Origin: Nemertoderma westbladi
Lineage: Eukaryota > Animalia > Xenacoelomorpha
Assembly: GCA_032718475.1 (NCBI GenBank)
Contig: JAUCBJ010007962.1
Span: forward strand, 1-64,000
Direction: 5' to 3'
Length of the DNA: 64,000 nt
Part shown: positions 1 to 10,698 of the stretch, one piece after another
How positions within the stretch are numbered: position 1 is the first letter of the stretch
Layout: every line of letters begins with the position of its first letter
Position numbers and translations under genes: made by a program
The notes under the pieces: model-generated
The model's input: the letters and a program-made list of their open reading frames with translations, nothing else
The model's database searches: none
Told to the model about the DNA's origin: nothing

Positions 1-1845
1 GCCCATATATTTTGAATTCTTCCATTTTGTATAGTATGTAGCCCTACCTATGTAATTTTGTATTAGGATATAAGTAGATAGTTCCAGGGTAGCAAGTTCC
101 TGTTGGACCCTGGATGTGGGCTTGCTGTTATTAGCCTTGATGGGCTAGCTATTGGTTTTAATTTTCTCTATAATTGCGCTAAATTAACTTTTGAGCATCG
201 TATTAATAGTACCGCTAAATTAAGCACCGGCAAAATTACCTTATATGGTGACGATTTGAGGGTTTCGGGAGCAATAGGTTCACGATCCGGCTTTCTTATT
301 GGCCTAACTGCTTCCAGGTTGGTCTAATGATAGCTCGGATTGGGGAGCCAATGAGAGAGCGATTGCATCATCCCTCATGAACCACCTATAAATTGGCCGT
401 GTTTCTGGTAAATGTAATCATCTTTGTTGTACACTATGTGCTTTGTAATTAATCTCAGTGCTTTCTTTATAATTCTGCATTTCTACCTCTTTTCGATTTT
501 TTCTTACGATGATTCGCTAATTTGACTATTTCTGCTTGTGTTTCTCAATCAACCTCAATGATTACTATAAATTACAATTGGAACTATGATTTCTACCCTT
601 TAGTAAATGGTTCTATGTGATTCTTTTCGACACAATAATCCTACGGGATTCCTTAGACTGTCAGACTGTTTGGTAATTTGAATGCGCCACTATGGTAGCT
701 ATTCATTCTGATGGAGAGCTAAGTTACCGGTAAGTGCGGCGGGCGCATCGGGGGGTTAGCGACGAAGGGAGTGCGGAGGATTCAAGGGCGGGCAGTGCTG
801 GCGAGAGCACTATTGCGGCTAGAAGTTCGTGGTATAGGAACCCAGGTTCGCCGGTACGGTAACTAGGGGGCTGATAATCCAGATTTTGTCTCTATTTGTA
901 GTATTAGATTAGGGGCAGGAATTGGGTTAGTTAGGAAGCTCCAGATGTATCCGGGAGAGACCTGCGTGCCTTACAATCGTGAGCTAAACTGTAAACTATT
1001 GTTTGTTGAATCGTGAGCTAAACTGTAAACTATTGTTTGTTGAAACGTGAGCTAAACTGTAAACTATTGCTTGTTACGCTGATTGGTGTGTTACTAAAGT
1101 GTGCCTAATAAATCACGAATGCTTAGATAGGTGCTCTTTTCCCTTTGATTGATTTCTATTTCTTAGTTTATGACGAATAGTTACTGATTAGGTCGAAAAA
1201 TAATACAGTATTTTAGGCTGTTACTGGTGCTACCAGTTGTGCGATAAATTAGAATTGCGCATTCTGGAATACTTAGTAATTAGTACGCTGTACATATTTG
1301 TGACTGTAATTAACTAGTAAAATTAAGAATTTTGTACGCAGTATAGCGGAGAGTAGTTAAGGTAGGATTTGGAGTACCGTAACTATTGATTACTTAAATA
1401 TTCTCACATTCACACATTCCGTTAGGGAACCCCAGTCTTTGCGATTAGATGCGATTAGATTAGATTAGAAAAGACGTAATTGTTCACGTGTTTAGCAGTA
1501 AATTAGGCTGTAGGAATACACTCAGAGTGCAAGTCTCTCGCACTCGTTTTAAGTAGCTTAGGGAGCCGATTTTGGGTTTATTGTTTTGGTTATTCCCACA
1601 TGGCTCATATATTCGAACAGTTAGCTCTCTATCGAGTAATTGGTAGAGAAAGGAACAAGAAATTAGCAGGAGCCGTATAAAATTAGTAAATATATTAGCG
1701 AACGGCAGATTAGCGCCATCCAACGGTAAGTAGCGGTTTTGGATTTAGCAACCCTACATTACAAATAATACGCTCCTGATTGCCCTGCTTAATAAATAGA
1801 GCAATTTGTGTCTTCATTGGTTGGGTCGGGGTAGTTTGTTTAACA
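1..1845 (+). repeat. 5' LTR of element A (partial)
   Basis: Near-identical to 30416-32452; identity ends at ...GTTTAACA (1845). CCAAT ~348, TATA-like CTATAAA ~386, AATAAA at 1107 and ~1792. Confidence 0.95.
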
Positions 1846-1856
1846 GTAAGGCACGC
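1846..1856 (+). promoter_or_regulatory. Putative self-priming primer-binding site of element A
   Basis: GTAAGGCACGC directly after the LTR is the exact reverse complement of GCGTGCCTTAC at 964-974; no TGG tRNA PBS. Confidence 0.6.
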
Positions 1857-3140
1857 GATATTTACTGTTACTTCGTAACAGTAAGGCACGTTTTGTCTGC
1901 TGTAGGCCTACAGCATACAGTAAGACACAGAGTGTATTCTGAGTTAGATCACTGTATTATTTGCCGTTACCTCATAACAGTAAGGTACATTGTTTTGCTA
2001 CAGCGCACAGTAAGACAGAGAGTGTATCCTTAGGCTGTTAAGTAGGATCACTGTACTGCGTACAGTGAAGGCACGTGATTCGCTGTTGCTTGCAACAGCA
2101 TAGAGTGTTTATTAGGCTGTTAAGTTAGATTACTGTCGCATCATTAGTCGCATACAGTAGTACAGTAGTGCATTAGGCTGATTGCTGTACTGCGTACAGT
2201 AGAAAAGACATTTGTTTCACTGTACCGCACACAGTATTCATTAGGCCGTTAGGTTAGTGTACTGTTTTACTTATTGTACTGCGCACAGTGGATGTACGGT
2301 TGTGTGTTTACTAATCGCAAATACAGCAGTTCATTAGGCCGTTAGGGCAAGTTGTAAGTTTTGAAAATTTTAGCTAGGTTTGTGAGAATTCAGTTTTGGT
2401 CAAAATTATTTAGTGATAAAATCTTAGAGTTTTGTACCGGTATGTTGGATAACCGCTTAGTTATTTTATACCATCTGGAGATACATGGCAAGATGGAACT
2501 TCTGAGTTTGGGGTTCGTGTGGGTCTGCGGGTTCGGTTTGCAATCAGCGAAGTGCCTGAACCTTTGGATGCGGACGTGGAATCTCACAGCAAACAAGGTT
2601 GGTTGTTCTGTTGGCACCATTGTGTTTGTGGAAGCAGTAAAAAATTACCGGTTGTTTAACTGCGAAGCTGAACTCAATTTATTAGTTAGGTTAGTTAGGT
2701 TTAGCCGGCCATGGTTTTTGAATTGCTCGAGTTAGAGAGAGAGTTAGAGAGAGTCGCAACCCGAAGATGTAGCCACGCGCTAGTGGATACATATAATATT
2801 TGAAATTAAAATTGCGTTAATTAGAGCTATATGTGTAGAGTTAGAAATATTTGGGTGGCAAGTTCATTTTGAATATTTTGTATTAGATTCAAAATTATTT
2901 TGTGTCATACCGGTATTTAAATGCTATATAATAGCTATAGAATAATATTTTTGTTTAAATATTGTACTGGTATTTGCTATAACCATATCCTATTAAATTC
3001 ACAATATTGCATTGTGAATTTATTTTGACATTTTGGACCAACAAATTATTTGACAATTAATTTAATCGTATTTTCGATTAAATTATATATATCTCGAATT
3101 TTTGCGAGATTTAGCCGGAAGGCAAAACATTATTTAGACT

Positions 3141-5428
3141 ATGAGTGTCTCAGACAAAGAGGCACTAGAGGACAGCTATGAGACAGCGGCTGGACCGCCG
3201 ACCGACGATAGCACTAGCATTACTGTTGACGACAATGCCGACTATGACGACGCAGCGAGTGACGCTGACGTAAGTGAACAGGAGGACGAGACAGTAACTA
3301 GTGAGGAAGAGCAACCAGTATAAGTAATAGTATTAGGATCCCCTACCACTACTGTAAGGAAGGATTGTACAGCAGCCCGACCAGAGGTGAGTGATAGGGA
3401 GGGTAGTGTAGCAGAAGTGAGAGCCCGGAGCCCGGTTTCCAGACCTGTGGGTATGGTAAGTGCCGTGGTCCCAGCGGCTATAAGGAGTACCCGTAGTTCC
3501 CGAAATAATCCTTCAACTCCACCAAGTGTAAGTCAGGTAAGCGAGAGAGAATTAGACATCGCGATAAAGAAGAAACTTCGCGCGCATGCCGGACATATAA
3601 CTCAGACGGCGGATAAGGTAAGGAAGATGCTAGCCGACTCAGGTAACATCGGAAGGGAAGGGTTAGTAGAGATTAGAAAGGGATACAACTCAGCGTTATT
3701 CAAGCAGACGGAGGAGCTTGCTGTCCTAGCGAAAAGAGCAGTGGAGTCTCAGTCGAGCGACGTGGCAACGAGGGTTTATGATAGGATTTTAGCAGCCTTG
3801 TTAGAGCACCGCGCGTTATCGGAGCGATTTCGACGAGTTAGGACGGAGAACTGGTTGCTATGGGCATCACAAGTGCAGGCGACTCAGGTGAGTGATGCAG
3901 AGTCGAGAAACTTAGTGGAGCATGAAGAGACGCAGGATAAAGAAGAGCGCCGGTATCAGAGGGAAGTTACTAGCTGGCTGATGCAGAGTGGAGTGGTGGT
4001 ACCAGGCCAGGTGCTACCGACGACGGAGAACATCCAACAGAGGACGTTAACTCCACCCGATAGCGCATCCAGAGACAGTGGCGATTCCCAGGTTAGTCAC
4101 GCGCGAGGGAAGGTTATATGTGCTAGATCCCTCGTTTCTCACAACTCGGCGGAGGAGAGAAGACACCGACTGGACGAACAGCAGGCGGAAGTTTTGCGTG
4201 CATCGGAAGCACGGAAGGAAGCCGAGGGGGAACGGGAGCGCACACGTAAGTTAGACGCAAAGTTGCGAGAGTTGGAAGACAAAGGTAAGCGTGCGCATGC
4301 GGAACGCGAACGGAAGGAACGCGAACTCCAACTAGAACGCGAACGGAAGGAATGCGAACTCCAACTAGAACGCGAACGGAAGGAACGCGAACTCCAACTA
4401 GAACGCGAACAGAAGGAACGCGAACTCCAACTAGAACGCGAACAGAAAGAACGCGAACTCGAACTTGAACGCGAACGCAAGGAACGCGAACTCAAGATCG
4501 AGAAGGAGCGACAGAGTATAAAGCGAAGGCGCGACTGGAAGAAGAGAGCGCAGCGAGACGAGCGAGGGAAGAAGAAGAACGTAAACTGGCACAGTTAGAA
4601 AGTGCGAGATTACATTTAGAGAGCGAAGAACGGACCAGGAAGGTGAATGAAATCGCCGAGAAGGGGATGCGAATGATCGAAGAATGTGGGGCGAGTGTAG
4701 GTACTGAGTTGCAAGAACTGTTCGCACTGCAGAAGGCCGAACAGGAAGCGAGAACTCCGACTATACGCGAGTCAACGACGACCAGAATTCCTATACCTGG
4801 TCCAGCTATTACGAGTACACGGATCGCTAAACAGTTCTCTACATATCGCACGCCGGTTGGTATTAGTGCTTCACCCATCGCTCAGGATCCACATCATCAG
4901 AACACCGTACCACTACATACAGAACGAGACGAAGAAGTGTTTAGAGAAACTCCGACGGGCCGAGTATTGGGCGAACTGAACCCGCGGGTTTGGAATACGC
5001 GGACGGAGCGCCGACCCAGTTCGACGGAGAACTTCCGGGTTAAACCGGAAGAGGGATTATATGAGAGACAGCGGATTACTCAGATAGAGCCGACTATACA
5101 ACAGAACCCTAGCCAGGAATTTATTACGAGGGATGAGTTAAGTGCTAGTTTAGCGCAAGCTATATCGCCGCACATCCAACCTATAACGGACATGCTTAGT
5201 AACCTACGGTTAAAGGAAGCAGCCCAGGTAAGAAGTAATTCTAATCCTAGCAGGCCTGAGTCAGATAAAGTCCAACCTAGTCAACGAGTACGTATATCGG
5301 AGGCAACTATACCACATAGACCTCAGGTAAGGATGCCTGTCCCGAATATCCATAATCCCGATTTCGAAAATTCGGCGGAAATATTTATACAAGAAGCATG
5401 GGTGCCTAAGGAGGTGAGTTCTCTATAA
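3141..5428 (+). pseudogene. gag: Element A gag, N-terminal part (acidic N-terminus, 11-aa coiled-coil repeats); stops and frameshifts
   Basis: ORFs 3141-3323 and 3387-4598 share a frame across one TAA; continues in 4643-5428; ERERKERELQL repeats. Confidence 0.8.
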
Positions 5429-5429
5429 G

Positions 5430-6634
5430 TGTGCCCAAAACAGGTGGCGGCGGACTCGTGAGGGTCTGGGGACACGTTAAATCCAAATGCTTCTTGTATA
5501 GTGCAAGGGAGATACTGAAGGCCCTCGTGTCTGACGAACCATGAATCGACATGGTGCCGTGGTACCGTCTAGTCGGCCTGTTGCCGTACTGCCAGTCCTG
5601 TACACAGTAGGGGTGGTGGCATGGCGTGATTTGTGGTTCATGTGGTGTGAACTGTGATTTGTATGTGGGCGACCAGTGGCAGTTAGCTTTGGGGCTTGGA
5701 TGTGTGCCATTGACCGTCAGCTGTTCCGCTTTTTGATACTATATGTTATTATCTCCATGTTCAGCTGATTGGTCTTTGGAGTGTGTTTAGGTCTGAGATG
5801 AGCTTTCTGTTGCTGTGGGTATGTGAGTACACGTGATTGTATGTATGGCCACTGCGAGTGAGTATGGGAACCCTTGCCAGTTGGTCCAGACGCCGCTGGT
5901 ATTAGTAGGACCATATCTTTACTGCGCCCCAGCATACTTTGTGCACACAGGTTATTTTACCCTGACGGTAAAATAAAGTACTCTCGACTATCTCTTTCGC
6001 GATGTCTCTAGTCGATACAACTATTCCCTCTCAATTTTGTCTTTCCCGATTTTGACCCCGATTTTGTCTTTCCCGATTATGTCATCTGTGTGTGCATGGT
6101 ATGTGTCCGATTTTGTGTTTACCGTTGTGTACTTGATATTGTGAACATCTGTTGAGTACACGTGTACAGCGACTGGTAAGTGGTTACTTGTTCCTAGCTT
6201 TCAAGCTAGTCAGTATTGTTTGCGGAACTTATTTCCCTTCAATACTGCCGGCGAGGCGGGTGAAAACGTGTCAATATTCCATGTTGGGTAGCGCAAGCCC
6301 GCTTGGGACAAGACCGTCGGTTAGGCCCAAGGGCGACCTTGGTGCTTGATCGCTATCGACTGGTCCACCCGCCGGTTGACTCTCTGAGTTGGCTCAATGT
6401 ACAGTCAGGCCACAGTAAGTTGACAGTAGCCGCCCATCTGGCTACACATTCGACGAGCTGTGCCGGTGTGATCGGGGGACCGAAAACAGAACCCGGGAAG
6501 CATCGGGCCACCCTCCGGCCCGGTCTGATAATAACATCAGTCAGACTGGCCCCAGGGGTGGTGGAAAGGTGTCCGCCTCGTGGGTGCGCCTCCGGGAGGA
6601 GCCCAGAAGGACACAAGTGCAGGGCCTCGGCACA
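5430..6634 (+). mobile_element. Solo-LTR-like insertion in gag of A
   Basis: Ends TGTGCC...GGCACA, AATAAA at 5972, non-coding; gag resumes right after it. No clean TSD seen. Confidence 0.6.
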
Positions 6635-7221
6635 CAAACCAACGCGAGCGCTAAGGACTGACACAGACTCAAGTGATGAAGAGGAAGAAATGAGACGTCA
6701 GAAGTCCCGAAACTATAAGGAAAGAATGACCGACGCGGAGCAGGTAAGTTCAAATCCCCGGGAAAGGATCAGACTTAATAACCCTGCGGAACTAAACCAT
6801 TTGTTAACCCGGAACGACGCAACCCTTAGGGACATAGGTAAGTTTGCTGCTAGGCAAGGACTGCCGACGCAACAACCCCAGAAGTTTATGGGCAACCATA
6901 AACATTGGAGAACTTTCAAAACCTATGTCGACGAACAGCTAACCAACAGCACCTTTACTCCCAATGAGAAGTTCAACTATTTGCTTCAAATGCTCCATCG
7001 AGAACCTAGAGCCATTGCTGACAACTTCGTTGGCAATGAAAGAGCATTCGAGTTGGCAATGAAGACGCTTAGCGACATCTACGGGAATAAAACCAAGATG
7101 GCATAGTGGAAGACTTGGGTAAGGGCGGAAGGATTACAACTCCGTTAGAGCTGTTGAACTTAGCAAACGCGATTTCGAACGCATTAGACATCTTGAGGAC
7201 GGTGAATCTACCTCATCATGG
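6635..7221 (+). pseudogene. gag: Element A gag, capsid-like DUF1759-type segment
   Basis: KFMGNHKHWRTFKTYVDEQL...EKFNYLLQML...AMKTLSDIYG resembles the BEL/Pao gag core. Confidence 0.8.
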
Positions 7222-8461
7222 TGTAAAAGCTTCTGTGGGATATAACTGGCCCCTTTGCTTCGCAATCCAGTTTCCCCCCAGGCGCTGGAATACTCTAAAA
7301 GGTTCTCTAACTGTATATATATTCCCCTCGCCCGCAAGGTACCATTACAGGTATTTTAACAGACATAAAAGTCATTCTTCTATATACGTGCTTTGGCGGA
7401 CATGGTAAGGCAAAAAACCCGCAATGCACCAAATGCCTTTACACGGCTTGGCCTTGATGATTCAGATTGCGACATCTAGCAGCTGGTTGCTGGCATGGAA
7501 ACAGCCATTGGACGCATGGTTCTTTGTTTGGCTTGAGCCAATCAGAGCGATTTCTTCTGTCGACGTGTAGATATTCGGCCGATGATACTAGAAGTGTTCA
7601 GTCTTACTGTTTTTGTGATACTGTTGTGTTCCTTCTATCTAGGCCAGGAACACCGGCTCTAGAGTCAATTCGTTTCAGACTTTAGAAGAAACATTAGTAG
7701 GCTTAAGATTATAGAGCGTATAACTGTTATCAGTGCAACACGGCACATACATTGTCATATCATATCTTAACCTACCGTCTTAATGCTGTTTACTGTTGTG
7801 TTTTGATTGAATATTATTTGGAGAACATTTATAAAGAACCCAAATTTCCCAATTTTCTTGATACACTACAGGTTAGAGAGACGGGTTATATATAGCGATT
7901 GCGACTTATATTATTGTGGTTTGTAGTGAATTTAATGCTATTTGATAAGCACTACATGAGTCCGTTGCTGTTCTCTTTATATATGATAAAATTCATTGAC
8001 GGTCGGCAAATTAGTGAGCAGTATTGTGTTTTACCGGTAGTGTGCATGATTGTGACTGATAACTAAGCATTTTCTAAAGAATGCGCCTCATACGTGAATC
8101 ATAAGCCTTACCGACTTGCCGTTGTGATTAGTATAAGTCATATCTCTGTTTACCTAGATAGAGCGCCACGTCCTAAAGGAACTGTTAATATTTCCCGAAA
8201 GTGAATAATATTAGTCAGAAATTATTTATTAACGATCAATCGAATAATACAATAGGCTTACACTGCAATAATAATCTAAGCCCTCAGAATCCAGTCTCCC
8301 GGGTATATCCAGCGGGTGAATGGACGCGCACTAGGCTGGCTTCTGCTATTGTTGTGTTTATTGGTATTAAATATTTGTCAACTTCTAAAGTCTATTTATA
8401 AACCAAAAGACATATAAATTTTGGCAGGTTAAACTGCTAAAGGTCTTCAAAAGCGCGTACA
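7222..8461 (+). repeat. 5' LTR of element B
   Basis: TGTAAAAG...GCGTACA; about 10 substitutions versus the 3' LTR by manual comparison. Confidence 0.97.
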
Positions 8462-8472
8462 ATAACAGTTAT
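8462..8472 (+). promoter_or_regulatory. Putative self-priming primer-binding site of element B
   Basis: ATAACAGTTAT is the exact reverse complement of ATAACTGTTAT at 7720-7730; no TGG. Confidence 0.55.
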
Positions 8473-8519
8473 TGTCTTTATTGCAGTAAGCAATAAAGTT
8501 GAAAGTACCGGTCGACCGG

Positions 8520-8660
8520 TAAACCTGAACCGGTACTTCTGTAGGTCAGTAGGCCCAACTGCCAGAACCGGTACTGCCGTAGGTCCGTAGGTCCAACTGC
8601 CAGAACCGGTACTTCTGTAGGTCCGTAGGCCCAACTGTCCTAACCGGTACTTCCAGTATA
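8520..8660 (+). repeat. ~37-bp tandem repeat in the leader of B
   Basis: AACCGGTACTTCTGTAGGTCCGTAGGCCCAACTGCCAG-like unit, 3-4 copies. Confidence 0.85.
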
Positions 8661-8882
8661 AGTACATTAGTATTATTCGATTTTGATTATTGTATACCGG
8701 TAGGTCTTAGTATTTAATCAGGGACTGCAGCCCTGGTTCTTTATTGAGATTTTACCTATTTCTGTCGGTTTTATTTACATGTAAGTTAATATTGAGCTGA
8801 AGACGTGTAAGTCTGCTCAGATTGTTCAGATAATTGTAGGCCGGACTGTTGTTAGATTGTTGTTGGGTTTGGAGAGATTACG

Positions 8883-9350
8883 GCGTGTGTAGAGTTTGTC
8901 CGATAGAGTGCCAGTTAGTAAGTTGGGGCAGCCATAGCTGTAAGGTCAATCCCCTCTTAAAGAATAAGTCGTACTACCGTGTTAGAACGCATACTAACTA
9001 ACCATTTTGGAATCTGCACATACTGTAGTTTATTTAGGCTTGACAGTATTCTGCCAACGTTTTGGCCTGTGTTTGTTTGTGTGGTCTGTTCAGGTACCGT
9101 AATAGTTATTACTCAGATATTTTGTAGGCTGGATTGTTGTCTAGCTATTATTAGGTCTGAAGAGATTGCTGCGTGTGTAGAGTTTGTCCGATAGAGTGCC
9201 AGTTAGTAAGTTGGGGCAGCCATAGCTGTAAGGTCAATCCCCTCTTAAAGAATAAGTCGTACTACCGTGTTAGAACGCATACTAACTAACCATTTTGGAA
9301 TCTACACATACTGTAGTTTATTTAGGCTTGGTGGTAGTCTGCCAGCGTTT
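8883..9350 (+). repeat. Direct duplication (~288-bp period) in the leader of B
   Basis: GCGTGTGTAGAGTTTGTCCGATAGAGTGCC... starts at ~8883 and ~9171. Confidence 0.9.
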
Positions 9351-10698
9351 GGTTTGTATTTTGTTTGAGTATTCTGTACGGGTAGCGTAATATTTATTAT
9401 TCAGAGTTTATGCGATTATTCGCAACATTCATGTCCCCAAGTTTATTCCTACAGTAATTGTGTTTGTTACACATACCGTTATAGTTAAATTAACCCCGGT
9501 ACTACACGAGCTGCTTGGCGTAGGAAAAGACTGGTGACTTTGTGCTTCGGTCACTCCAGCAGATGCCGTGGTTCTTTTAACTGTTCAAGTATATTTAACT
9601 ACTGATTATTTGTTGTACCAGTACTTGTACCTAATTTAGGGTTTAGTGTACAGTGCTTTCCGAGGTAATTAGTGTGTAGGCAGTATATTTGTGTTGTAAA
9701 GTGGTTAATAGGCACGCTGGATCTGGTAGTCCGCGGTAATTAACTTCTAGGTAGGAACACTCCGTGATACATAACGTAGTACCTATAGCGATACGGTTAT
9801 AGGTCGTCAGGCGGTGGTATTTTCCTATCTGGACAACGCAGTGTATTTACTACTACTTATTATTTTCAAATACCGTAGTACCCTGTCCGTTGTAATAACC
9901 AGAATTCTAACCCTTTGTTAGGCTGGTTTGTAGACTTCCTGTAAAATTACCCTAAAATTTCGTACGTAATATTTTTGTTGTGTTTAATTAGAGATTTAAT
10001 CTCACCCGTATCGTAAGTAATTTGTAGTATTAAGTAACTTAGGTAAATTAGAATTATCTGTTTTAGTGTCCCATAGGTAGCACTTCACTGAGAGCGCACA
10101 GCTTCTGTGTAGTGACTCCCCCAGAAATAATAACATTATTATTTCAAATATTGACAAAACCCCTTTTAAACGGGTATATATCTATTATAAATCAACTCAA
10201 ACGATTTATAAATAGTAGGCCTGCCATACAACAACTAGGTCTCAAAATCAGTTGGACTACTGCTTAAATAACGGTAACAAAGTAAGTTAAAGTAACCAAG
10301 TAACCCTAAAATATTCAGAAATTCAATTATTCTAAATTAATTGACATACCGGTATTTACCATAGGCTTCTTATATTTATTTCTATAAATTTGAGCTGAAA
10401 TCATACCGGTACTCTGTAATTAATTCTAGTCCATAATTATACTTATATATACTATCAGTGTAAGCTGTATACCGGTATTCACGATAGGCCTATTATATAT
10501 TTATATATATTTGTGCTAAAATTAGATACCGGTACTCTGTGACAAACCTAGTTTACAATACTTATATATACTATAAGTGTATACCGGTATTCTAATATAC
10601 TGTAATAAATTAACGGTACTAGGCCAACGGTCATACTGAATTACTAGACTTGCTTTAACTGAAACTATAGCAGTAGACATTCAACTGTATAGCTAAAC

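Noticed and set aside
103-2735. Short ORFs in LTR A and its leader (and the equivalent ORFs in LTR B)
   Set aside because: They recur only because the LTRs are duplicated; non-ATG starts and no protein-like motifs.
6303-7106. 267-aa standalone gene
   Set aside because: Chimeric ORF: the first ~110 codons come from the inserted solo-LTR-like sequence and the rest is gag.
8423-8440. TGG-starting tRNA PBS for element B (TGGCAGGTT...)
   Set aside because: It lies inside the LTR (also present in the 3' LTR before the TSD), so it cannot be the PBS.
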